This document shows positions 1-11,426 of a DNA stretch of 64,000 nucleotides, in pieces. The stretch spans positions 961,353-1,025,352 of the forward strand of contig NW_008246071.1 in assembly GCF_000281045.1 (NCBI RefSeq). Reading direction: 5' to 3'. A program made the position numbers and the translations under genes. The DNA comes from Saprolegnia diclina VS20 (lineage: Eukaryota). The notes below the pieces were generated by a model that was not told the origin of the DNA, searched no databases, and was given only the letters and a program-made list of their open reading frames with translations. The stretch's first letter is position 1. Each line of letters starts with the position of its first letter.

Positions 1-40
1 CCGCGCCGCGCCGGCGTTGCGTAGGTCGATCGTATGCCAT
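1..40 (-). CDS. Possible 5' end of a gene running off the window (MAYDRPTQRRRGA...)
   Basis: GCCACCATGG start context on the minus strand; only 13 codons visible. Confidence 0.2.
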   Translation of the reverse strand, partial: MAYDRPTQRRRGA

Positions 41-1624
41 GGTGGCCAAATGCGCGAAAATATGTAAATACCATCGTGTAAAAGTCTGCCTTTCTGTGCA
101 TCTCGCATTTGCCATCGCCCACGTCGATTCACACGAGGTCGCTATCGCAAAGCCTTGACAGTGGCATCACACTTGCAGGTTTTGCTTTGCCGATGGTCAA
201 TACCGTACAATGAATCAAAGAGGAGTCGGCCCGTGTACTACTATTCGTGTCTAGTCCTATTTTGCAGTCTGTGGACATGGGATCTTGTATCGCACAATGG
301 ATTGATTTGGTCGTCGTCAACTGCTTTCGGCGACACCTCGTCTCGTACAAACCTTTGGATGTGACTTGGCGCGACAAATTTGGTTGATAGCACCACCCAA
401 GCTGTAGAATATACTCTGCGGCTACCGCAGGGTCTCTTGGACCCAGTCGACGAGCGCGACGTCGCCGCTGCGTGCCTCTCGACCTCACCCACGGTGTGGT
501 GCATCGTTGCACGCCTCTGCGTGTAGTGGCACCTTTGAATGCACGAACCCTTGGGCGACGCTCGGGTACTTTGTCGTTCCCACGTACTCAACGCGCCGGT
601 GGGTGCTCTCCTACGCACGCAAAGTCCGCTTTTGTGGTTATAGGGATAGGGTTTATTAACCCTAACCGACGACGCCGAATAGGGACGTGAGTCTCCTGAA
701 CATCTGATATCCAAAATCAACGTACTTGGTTGAGATGGCTTGGTCCATGGTGCTGTTGCCCCCGATGGAGCTCGCGCTGCCGTCATTCGGTGGGATCTCA
801 AGAGAGCAACGGCCAGAGGCACCATGAGTCCGAGTAGCAAGTCCACAATACGAGCTCGTAGACTCGATGGCGGGAGCAGCGAAGCGACGACATACCGTTC
901 CGAGTCCAGCTATGCGTGCTGTCACCAGCCATTAGATGACCTCCACCACAAAGCGTCCATTGCAGCTGCGCGAGCGAGAGGTACGACGTGCCATCACAAC
1001 CCTCGGCGGCCAAGCCCATGGGAGGGAGTGGCGGCACTCTTGCTGCAGCTCGCAGCACCCATCGCATGCGCTTTCTCGACCGATGCAACATAGGTGGCCG
1101 TAGGACCACTCTAAGATCTGGCGCATGAACCACAAACCAGATCTTATTCCAATGTGCATCACAATCACACTGCATGCCGCTCGAGCCGCCCCAGGGTCCT
1201 TATGAAAGAAGACAACGTAGTCATTGCTGTCATGTCAACAAGGTTAGAGCTTCGAGAAGCGCTTCACCGCCTATCGTACGTGGCGGAGATGGCAAAATGC
1301 CAGTGCCATCCAACCATGTGCTGACCCGATGGTACGCCGAGCGTACGTCTGTCCCGTCTGCCGCCCGACGACGAAAAAGGAGGACCTAGGTGAGCGTGGG
1401 ACGTCCATGCGTCGAAGCGGGTTCGCAGTTTGCTCGGCCACCGCCACGTCGTCCGCACCTCCTCCTCCTTCTCGGCTTGCGTTCAAACAGCAATCTGGCG
1501 CGCGAAGCGTGACAACCCTGTTCGATTGGTGCAAATCGGTGGAAATAGCCTCCTTTTCTACCAATCAAATGCGCGAAAACCTATATCCAACCAAGATGCG
1601 AGGCGAAAGAACAAATTCGGGCGA

Positions 1625-3702
1625 ATGGCGGTCCCCATCGAGCGCATCCAGGCGCTGCTCAAGCAGCAGACGCGGGCCAAAGCCTCGAGCGGGCGCAAGC
1701 TGCTGCCGTGGTCGCCGACCGAGTGGACGGCGTGGCAGAAGACGCCCATGTTCGGCGCCGTCGTGAAGAACCTCCTGCCCGTGCGCGCGCCGTTGGCGCC
1801 GCTCTACGAAATCCATTACGACGAGTCGTTTGCGGGCGGCAGCCCGAGCGATCTCATGGAGGGCCTCATCCAAAAGAGCGCGCGTGGCGACCGCATCAAC
1901 GTCACGACGGTCATTGACGCGTCGGGCAATGGCTGCTACTACCACGAAGCTCGGTACGGTGTTGTCGCTGCATGTGCTTGCCACGTCACCACCTTTTCGT
2001 CATGTAGAGAATGGGACGACTGGGACGTGCAGTGCGTCAAGCTCCCGCCGTTTGAAGACGATGACGTGCCACCCAAGGCCATCGTCAAGGCCTTCTGCGA
2101 CGCGGTGCAGAAGCACGTCGGCGCCAACGAGCCCGACACACACGTGGCCGTCTTTGGCGGCGCCGGCTACAACGTCGCGGGCTTTCTCATCGTGAGGTAC
2201 GCCGAGATATGTCCATACAGGATGATTCAAACACATGTAGCTACCTTGTCGAGCATGGCAACATGCATCTCCTTGAAGCGATCGACTTGTATAAGAAGTC
2301 GAATGCGCCTGGCATCTACTCGGTGCCATGCCTTCAGGTACTGAACGACCATGATGGCGTTCTAGGGTTGCATGTCCGCATTAGGCGCTCTACCGACGCT
2401 ACTACTCGATGCTCAAGGCGCCCGAGTCGCGCTTGTCCGTGCCGGCGCCGCCGTCGTGGGACACGTCCGCCGCCCCCGTCGACCCGTCCTTGACGATCGG
2501 CAGCGAAATGCTCACAGACGACGACAAGGCGACGCCCTTTGTGCGGTCGGCCGCGCCCGCACCATCGGCCAAGCCAATCGTCGCTGCTGCCCCTGCCATC
2601 GCAACGTCTACCCCCGTGCACCGGCCGAAAGCCTTTGCGCCGCCGCCGTTCGCGCCGCCCCCGTATGTACCGCCGCCGGCGCCCGTCGAGGTCGCCAAGA
2701 CCAAGAAGCGCAAGATCCGCACGTGGGAAGACGACGTCGAGCCGTTCCCGTTTGGCACGCCTGTGCCCGAAGACTCGAAGGAGCACGAGCGCCTCCTCGG
2801 AGTCGTGCAGCAGCTCACAGGTGTCGAAGGGTTTCCCGGCAGCGAGGTGCGTCGATCGCCTCTCATTCTCCGCTTCGTCCAACTGTCGTGACCACGTAGA
2901 CCATGTCGCTGACAAAGATTCACATTCGCGACCCCGCGCTCGACAAGCCGGGGTCGCTCACCAAGTCGTACCTCGTGACGTGGCGGGCCCGCGGGTAGGC
3001 CATCCTCTCGAATCTCAAACTCAAAAATTACCGTGTAGGACGCGGTGCCTCCTCCTCGGGCTCAAAGACGGTGTCTACCTCGTGTCGCGACGCATGACAT
3101 TCACCAAGGTCAACGTCAAGCTGCCCCGGAAGCGTGCGTTGGTACATATATCTGCCATTCTGCGCGCAAGAGGCGACGCTGCTACGTAGCATGAGAATAC
3201 GGACATGACGCTCCTCGACGGTGTCCTCGTCCAAGATCAAGACGGCGACATTGTCGTACCGCGCTACCTCGCGTACGACATAATCGCGTGGGAGAACACG
3301 CCGGTTTGGAAAGGCAAGCTCGAGAAGCGGCTGCAGTGTCTCCAGAACGAGATCATTTTGCCGCGCAAGAGTGTACGCTGTCTTCTTCGTCTTATCTGCA
3401 GCTAAATACCCTTGTAGGACAAGCACCTCGACTTGGAGGCCGAGCCGTTCCGTGTGCGCATGAAGGACCACTTTCGACTCGAGAAGGCCGAGCATGTCTT
3501 GCGCAACTTCATTCCACGCATCACGCACGACGTCGAGGGGCTCATCTTCACGCCCAAAAACGCACCGTACGGCGTTGGCGGCTACGAGTGCGACGAGCCG
3601 CAGTTCAAGTTTGTCGTCGACAGCGCGGCGAGCATGATGGGCGGCCTCGACGGCAGTCTCACCGAGAACCAGCTCCTCCAGTACATCAAGAGCATCCCGT
3701 AA
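1625..3702 (+). CDS. mRNA capping enzyme homolog (RNA triphosphatase-like + guanylyltransferase-like), multi-exon, catalytic residues substituted
   Basis: Spliced translation has HVAVFGGAGYNVAGFLIVSYLVE...APGIY (aligns to RNGTT HCTHGFNRTGFLI...PPGIY), FPGSE, YLVTWRARGTRC (motif I region), TLLDGVL, RYLAYDII, EPFRVRMKDHF and HDVEGLIFTP. Confidence 0.8.
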
Positions 3703-3793
3703 AGACGTTGCAAAAATTGGCTGACGTAGAGTAGGCATAAGAGTACAACACCAATTTTGATTTCATTTGCACAACACGTGTACGTCGTAGATC

Positions 3794-4429
3794 TTAGGTT
3801 GACGCGTGGTGGCGCGGGCCCTTGCTTGAGCCCGCGCGGTAGTTGGCGCGCCCGTACTTGGCTTTCTTCTTGGACTTGCGGCTGTTGCCGTGCGAGCTAT
3901 TGTCGGAAGTGGTCGGCGACAAGGTGTCGCGCGGTGACACGAGGCTTGCGGTGGACGCGGTCGACTCGAGCGACTTGGACGAGTCGTCGTGGCTGGTCGC
4001 ACTGCCATCGCGCTCCAAGCTGGTGCTGGACAGGATATCCTCTTCTTCCAGGAGACGGATCGCAAGCGCATTGCCGGGGTCTTTTTCTGGGGGCGGATGC
4101 GGCGTGTGGTGGTGGTGATGGTGATGCGAAGAAGGGTGGTGTGTCGGCGTCGGGTCGCTGGCTGCGTGCTGTCGTGGCGCCGGCGCCTCTTCCTCCTTGA
4201 CTTCCACAAGCTTGGTGCTCGCTTTTGGCTTGGCGGGCGTTGTGTCTTTGACTTTGGCCGAGGCTGGGCGCGCCGGCTTGGTCGGCGGTGGCACCTTGAG
4301 CAGCGTGCGCGTCATCGTCGACGTCGACGGCGGCACGTACTCCTTGCGCGGACTCGGCGCGAAGAGCGCATCCATGGCGTCGTCGCTCGGCGGCGGGACG
4401 CGGCCGCAGCCGCAGACCGAGTTGCCCAT
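3794..4429 (-). CDS. Hypothetical low-complexity protein with putative N-terminal acylation motif (MGNSVCGCG) and poly-His tract
   Basis: Single open frame of 211 aa from ATG 4429, coding-like composition, MGxxxC start. Confidence 0.6.
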   Translation of the reverse strand: MGNSVCGCGRVPPPSDDAMDALFAPSPRKEYVPPSTSTMTRTLLKVPPPTKPARPASAKVKDTTPAKPKASTKLVEVKEEEAPAPRQHAASDPTPTHHPSSHHHHHHHTPHPPPEKDPGNALAIRLLEEEDILSSTSLERDGSATSHDDSSKSLESTASTASLVSPRDTLSPTTSDNSSHGNSRKSKKKAKYGRANYRAGSSKGPRHHAST

Positions 4430-4485
4430 CGCAAAGATACAAAAAAGATCTGGTCGTTTCAAGTGCAAAGTGGGAAAGGCCGGAT

Positions 4486-6679
4486 ATGGAGCACGAGGCC
4501 AATTGGGCGCTCGACGGCGACGGGCTCGTCGAGAACCTCTTCTACTACCTCTGGTGCAAGGACGAGTTTGGCGGCGGCCCGTCGCTCTTGATCCCGGATA
4601 CGATCATCTACAAGTTCACGCAGCCGGCGTACTGGTACTTCACGTCCAAGTCGGGCAAGGTCAAGAAGAAGGCCAAGACGTCGCTGGCCAATGTCCAGAT
4701 TGAGAAGGAGTTTTGCCGCAAGCTCTGCGGAATTGACATTGTTGCCTACTACATCTACATGGAGAACGGTACATGTGCTTCGCTCGCCGTGCTTGCATCC
4801 TCTTTGGGCATAGATTGCCCGACGATCGAGTACCTCAACGTCGAAGGCCTCAGTACGTCCGCGTCCTGAACGACATATTGTGCTCAATGCGACGCAGAGG
4901 ATTTTTTGTACAACCGACCCAAAGTACACAACGGCGTCCTACAGCGCTTCATCGTTTCCAAGGGCGCGTCCAACTGTAAGTATCAAGTTTGTATCAACGT
5001 GCTAGCTTGCATGTAGCTATGATCCGCGCCGTCTGGACGCCCAAGATGTGTCTCCTGGAGCGCAAGACGAACGTGCGCAAGCTCCACGACACGCGCTATG
5101 GTATCTACGAGCGCGCCGTGACGTTCGACGGCGCCGACGCCTACAGCAACCCTGGTACACCTTCAATCAAATCGTGCAAACGGCTGAGAATGACAATACT
5201 GTGCATATGCAGATCCCGTGCGCGGCTCGATTCTGCCCGGCGACATCCAGTACCTGTGCGAACAAGTTGTCGATCATGTCATGGAAGTCTCTTTCCACAA
5301 ATACCGCATCTCGCGCATGGTCCTGCACCTCAAGACCGATGCGGACGACCGCGTCTGGCTGCTTTGGTCGTCCTCGATTCGGCTCTCGCATGGCGAGCAT
5401 CGTCCGATCAACATTACGTCCGACGCCCAAGTCCCGGCGTTCGTCCACCTGAGCGCCATGCCGGACGGGAAACCGACCAAGAAGAATGCGGTCCTCGCCA
5501 AGTGCACCAGCTGCGCCAGATCCATTGACGAGATTTACTTGCTCCACGCCAGCTACAAGGCGGTGATCGAGCACTTTCGACAGTTGCTCACGCACCTCCG
5601 CGCCTCCAGGGCCTCGGTCGTCCTATGGCCACCGGACGACGCGGTAATTGCGGCCGCGGGCGGCGTCGGCTTTGGAATTCTCGAAGACATGGACGTCGGG
5701 AGCGGCCCCGTCCGAGAGGTAGACGTGACGATCCCACCCGTGCTGCAGTACCTCCATCCGCACTTGACAGTTCCAGACTTTGTACGGTTTGCGACCGACC
5801 CCGTCTTTCTCTACAAGACGGCGCCCGTCTGCGAAAAATGCTACCTCGTGTACGCCGACTTTAGTACGTCAGCGCTCGAAGCCAACACGGTGCGGGAGCA
5901 CGCGCCAGCGATTTTGCGCCCCAAACGGCTTGTCCCACCGCTCAAAGCGCGCTTCGAGGCGAGTACAAAGCCATCGGACGACGCGTGGCTGCCAAAGCCC
6001 ACGAAAACAAAGCCCGCGCTCAAGATGCCGGTCAAGACGCAGTACCCGTTCACGGACCCGCCGACGCTGCCCGCGCGCATCAACCATACGATGCTGAGCG
6101 AGATGGAGCGCAACCTCCCGATCGACGTCAAGCGTGAGGAGGCAAGTAAGGTGCCGTACATGCCCGACGAGTGGAAGCAGGTGCCCGGAATGGTGCCCAA
6201 CCCCAACGTCCTCGCGCATTCGCTCGTCAAGAAGGAGGATGCTTTCTTCACGGACCTCACGGCGTCGCACCTCAACTCGGAGGCCTTTCATCGCCCCCTG
6301 CAGCACATGGTCGAGAGCGCGTCGCGGCTCGATGCGCTCAAGACAAATTTGGCCTTGGGCAGTCTCAAAGCCCCAAAGCGGAATCCGTATGCGGTCGTGC
6401 AAAAGCTCGTGGGCGGCGACGACATGAGCAGTGCGTTCGAGAAGAAGACACGGGCCAAGGCGAAGAAGCCACCGTCGTTTCCGAGCGTCGCGCCCAGCGA
6501 AGACGAGCACACGACGTCGCGAAAGCACCGCGAGTTTCTACTCAAATCGCTCCGCGAGATCCAGCGCCAGGTACTTTGCGTCTAGAATGTGCGATCTCAT
6601 CGTGGGGTAGCTGGGAAGCCCCGAGCCGCTGCGACCACTCGTGATCGACGTCGACGACGCAGCGTCGAGGGAGGAGTAA
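4486..6679 (+). CDS. Uncharacterised multi-exon protein
   Basis: ORF segments 4486-, ~5019- and 5218-6570 are joined by short GT-AG introns; the last intron 6571-6610 leads to TAA at 6677-6679. Confidence 0.7.
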
Positions 6680-7569
6680 TTAATGTGCTATTCTGTCGCA
6701 GATACATTTTGCGTCGGCGCCGAGATCCCGAAATGTCACGTGTGGAGTTGACGGACGCACAGTGCTAGCTATTCGCATGGTCGAAGGGCTTCCAAATACC
6801 CTGGTGATGGTGGACCAGCACGGGTAACTCGTTGCAAGGGCCCACGTTGGGCCGCCTCATTAAGAAAAGACGGGGCAAGGTCGTCGGATCGTAGCCTGGC
6901 AGCAGCCATTTGATATACGTTCTGCTGCTGCTGTGAGGACTCGGGGGCCAACGCTCGCGAAGTGCACGCGGGACATGGCGCCACGTAGTGATGCTCCTCG
7001 TTCTGTATCCGGAAGGATCCCGCGCCATTGGATTGGCTGGAATCGATGTTGGCCGGCCCGTGATTGGTCGTTTCTTGATTTGATGCTGGTTTTGATTGGC
7101 CAGTTTAAATCTCATCCGAATAATGTATTGTGATCGTCGAGTTTGCATTCGCCAAACGACCGCAACCCGACAAGCATGCCCACCGCGAGAAGCGCCAGCC
7201 TCGCCGCCAGCGCCACGCGCGCCCCGAGGCTTTGACTTTGGCCATCAAGTGGTGGCGCATGCGTCGCCTCGCCACAGCGGCGCCAGTGACGACACACAAA
7301 TCGCGGACGAGCCAGACGAGCGTCCAGTCCGGGCTGCACAAGAGCCCGAGCTCACGCAACGTGCCGCGCTCGAGACCGAGCTAGCGACATTGCGGGGCCT
7401 GGCGACAACAACAACAACAACTTCAACAGTGGTCGTGACTCTGGTAGTACGAGTTCCGCCATGTCGAGAGCTTCGTGTTGTGCGACAGAGAAGGGATGAA
7501 ACAGTGTATTTGACGTTTCCTGTATCCAGCGTCTCGGAACTCGGTGGTCGTACGGCGCAAAGCCAGAGT

Positions 7570-10269
7570 CTACGTGCTTTCTACATGCCGCAGAAGGGCC
7601 GTGTAAGCCTCGCACTCGTCCATCTCGACGTGCAGTGCGCGTGCCAACCTACCAACGCATTTCAGTTCAATGTGCTGTTTTGCCGAAATGTATCAATGTA
7701 TCGAGTGCGCACCATCCAAATTCAAGCATGTCGAGCTCGACCTGGCGCCGCATCTTGTCCGTGTCAGACACACCATCCAAGGTCGTTGCCGTCTAGGCCG
7801 AATGATGAGAAGACATGTGCAGAATGCTGAACGGCTTACAGAGGCCCGCTGCAGCTTGCGGCTTTTCAGCGACTCTTCGAGCTCGGCCGCCGACTTGAGC
7901 AGCTCGGTCGCCAGCGACGCATACGTGGTGCACGTTGCGAAGAGCACGCGCTGGGCAAACCCGCTCTCGTTGCGCAGCGGGGTCCCCCATTTTGCCAAGA
8001 AACTTTCGAGCGGCTTGACGATCGTCGGCACGTACAACGACGGCGTCGACGGCATGGGTTTGTTGGTCATCTGGTACTGGCCCTTGATGGTACTAGTGCA
8101 ACAACATAGGCGATTGGACCATGCAGGCGCACGTACCGAACGGCCGGGAGCACCTTCATGCAGTCGTCCGTCACGAGGTTGGCGGCAATGTCCCAGCAGA
8201 TCACTTCGAGCGCGGCAACGTCCTGTAGCGACTACAAGCCAAGCCATGAACATAGCGTTTCTGATGCAAAAAGGTGGTACCTGTGCGAGCAGTGAGGTGG
8301 CCATCGCGCCCGCCTCGTCGGAGGGAAGAGCGTGCGCCAGTCGACGGCGTAGCTCTGACTTCAGCTCCGATGCGATCTATACATAATCCATCATGATTCA
8401 AATCAAACGTAGGACGAAGTCCACCAGAGTTTGCAGTCGATGCACGTCGTTGCCAAATGCAAAGACATCGTCGCCCGACGCCACGCAGCTGTGGTTGACG
8501 GTGCCAAAGATGCCGCTGGCCTTCTCGACAGCGAGGCTCTGTGCGGTTGCCAGCGGCGGTTGCCAGTACTGGACAAACGCGGCCAGGAGTTCGAGGCAGA
8601 GGCGCGCAAATTGGGGGGTTTGTGCGTGTAATAGGACGCCATCGCAAAAGCACTTGCGCGTCAAGAGTGCCACTTGCTTGGTCGATGGAAACACTATGTC
8701 TTCGATCGTCTCTTGGAGATACGTCGCGTCGGCCGGCCGCTGCCCCAAGCTCGTCGACAGCGCCTGCGTCAGCTCCGAGTGCCGCAGCTGGTAGTACACG
8801 TCCAAGTTCCACTTGGCGTCGAACGGCGTGACGCTGAGCCGAAGCCGCGTCCGCGCATATTCCGAGGCACATAGCGCTTCGAGCGACTGTACAAAGCTTG
8901 TGGACACGCTATAGTTCTAGTCCACACCGCTTAGACTACATGGGTCATCCGAAAGACGATTATAGTACGTGGTACATGCGGTCGGGGTTGTACGCGATGA
9001 AGATCTCGGGCAGCTTTTCGCAGAGCGTGGCAAACACGGGCTTCCACACCTGCGCAAGCGTCCATCAGCCGTCAATACCTCTGCAATAGTTGATCGCACC
9101 GACTGCGTGAGAAGGTCCACACAATTCTTGGTCGGCCCTTGGCAGACAGGCAGCGCGAGGACGCCACCGAGCGTCTTGGTGACAAACTCGAGAATCGCTG
9201 TGTAGATGCCGCCAAGGCCCTCGCACGACCCGCGACTGCGGCCATCCAAGCGCGCACGCGTCATCGTCAAATCCAAAAAGGGCTGGACGAGGAGGCGCCC
9301 GACCATGTCTTCGGGCACCGCCGTCTCCTGAAGCGCCACGTAAGCGCGCAAGAGCCGGTTGACGTTGGTGACGTTGATGACGTGGTCGCGCGCGTAGAAT
9401 GTGTCGGGTACAATCTCGGTCGCGAGCTCTGCCTACGTAATCCAAATGCATCGGCCTCATCGACGATTCGATAGCGACGAACGAACCTCGAGCTTCTCGC
9501 GCAGCACGCGCTCAATGGCCGACATGCGCGGCTCTTCGGCCTACGACACTATGGTAAGAGGCTCTAGGCGAAGCAAAAGGTACTTGAACGGACGGCACGT
9601 CGGCGCCGAGCGCGATCTGGTACTGGAGCTCGACGGTGAGTTTGGCCACGCGCTCGAGTACTTGCGCTTGGTCGTCGCGTTGCATTGCAATGTACACGTC
9701 GTCTTCCAATTCGCTGTCGTTTTCGGATGACGACGCCGTGTCGTCGACGGTGGCGACGTGCAAAAGGCTTTCGACGAGATCGAGCTTCTCGCAGAGTCTA
9801 GACGTAGGTAGGACGCTGTCCATGTCAAAGCTACCGGACGTACGTGATCGTAAGGCCCAGGTCTTCTTTTGTTTGCTCGAGCTGCTGCAGATCGCGCATC
9901 TGTGCGTTGGCCTTGTCCACGAGATCGGCAGCGGCGGCCTGCACAGCGAGAACGCGATCCATGATGACGAGCAGCGGTTCGCGCAGCGACGACACGGCGC
10001 TGTTGACGCCCTTGAGCTTGGTCGAGAGCTGGAGAAACTCGGCATAGTCCTTGTCGATGATGGCCACCAGCTACGCAAGCATGCAGACGTCGCCAGAGCA
10101 TCGACGCATGGTCTACCTGGTTCTCTAGCGAGCGCTTGAAGGCCTCCAGGTCGCGATGCACCTGGGCGATCGGATGGCGGCTCTGGCATTCTTCGAGGAA
10201 CTCGAGCGGGCGGAAGGCCTCGGCCTCGAACGCGGCCGGCGGGAAGCAGTACGGCGTCATCGTGTGCAT
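7570..10269 (-). CDS. COG2: Conserved oligomeric Golgi complex subunit 2
   Basis: N-terminal F..LEFL...DLEAFKRSLENQ/LVAIIDKDYAEFLQLSTKL; C-terminal YQMTNKPMPSTPSLYV and SDTDKMRRQVELD; many short introns. Confidence 0.85.
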
Positions 10270-10918
10270 TGCCGTCCCCTGTCGGTATCCGGCCGCCGGA
10301 TATTTCGCACTAAACTCAAATCCAACTCAAAATGCATCTTGTGCGGTCTTGGAAGACGACCGTGGAGAAGACGGCTGCCATGTTGCTGCACTGTTGAAGA
10401 GCCTACATTGTAGGCACTTCCTTCGTCAAACCAAATAAGTCTAATAGGCCCTTCAAGACTTATTTGGTTTGACGAAGGCCACTAGTCGCACTTGCCGCAT
10501 GCGACCCACCTCGCTTGCTTTGAGTTTCAGCTGCTCGGGTTGCGCGGCTGTTGCGGGCCACGCATCGTTGACCTAGAACGCTGGTCGCGCTACGTCTGCG
10601 CTGGCTTGAAGCGACGCATATTGCAGCGGACGTCAACACGAAGCGTCTCTGCCCGTGCACTCGACCTGTCTTGCGCCACTCCTCAACGATCGGACATCTC
10701 AATGGAGGCAATTGAGAAATTTCTAGAAATTGAATTATCCGGATATTCCAGTCCACGGGTCCGGTTGCGACTTTGCACTTGGACACATTCGATTCGACCA
10801 CGTGTGGTATGGGAGCCCACTCGACGTCCTCGCGCGCTGCCTTCGCTGCCGCCGCCGACGACGTCGACCTTGTCAGCGGTCACTAATCATCTGCCTCTAG
10901 AAGACACACTCCTGCATC

Positions 10919-11389
10919 ATGAGCTCGGAGATGGCACCCTCGGCTTTGGAGTCCAACATCCGCGAGAAGGGCACGAACGCTTACTACTATGCGCACAAGA
11001 AGCGCCACGACGTTGAAGTCCACGCATGGGACGGCCAGTGCGAGCCGCGCCTCCTTGCCACCTCCGAGGCGCCGGCGCCGATCTCCAAGGACAAGGCCAT
11101 CACGGCGTACGCCTGGGCGGACGGCAAGAAGGCAGTCACCGTCTACGTCGACCTCGCCGGCATTGGTGCCATTGCCGATGACAACATTGTGCTCGAGTGG
11201 GCCGCGCGCTCCATTGACGTGCGCATCCGCGGCCTGGACGCGACGGGCGCCGACCTCGTCTTCAAGATCAAGACCTTGTACGAGGACATTATGAACGCGA
11301 CGCTCAAGAAGAAGGACGACAAGATCGTGCTGCGTCTCACCAAGGCCAAAGAGCTCACGTGGTACTCGCTCAAGAAGGACCACCCCTAA
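10919..11389 (+). CDS. CS (p23/SGT1/CacyBP-like) domain protein
   Basis: Intronless 156 aa; ITAYAWADGKKAVTVYV...KIVLRLTK...W is the CS-domain pattern. Confidence 0.75.
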   Translation: MSSEMAPSALESNIREKGTNAYYYAHKKRHDVEVHAWDGQCEPRLLATSEAPAPISKDKAITAYAWADGKKAVTVYVDLAGIGAIADDNIVLEWAARSIDVRIRGLDATGADLVFKIKTLYEDIMNATLKKKDDKIVLRLTKAKELTWYSLKKDHP

Positions 11390-11426
11390 GACATGAGATA
11401 ATCCGTTTGATTTATAGCTATAAGAA

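Noticed and set aside
100..1500. Several overlapping ORFs upstream of the capping-enzyme homolog
   Set aside because: No recognisable motif and no consistent spliced model; left unannotated.
6700..7560. ORFs around a CCAAT-rich segment (~7025-7100)
   Set aside because: Promoter-like boxes are present but no convincing coding frame; a small gene cannot be excluded.
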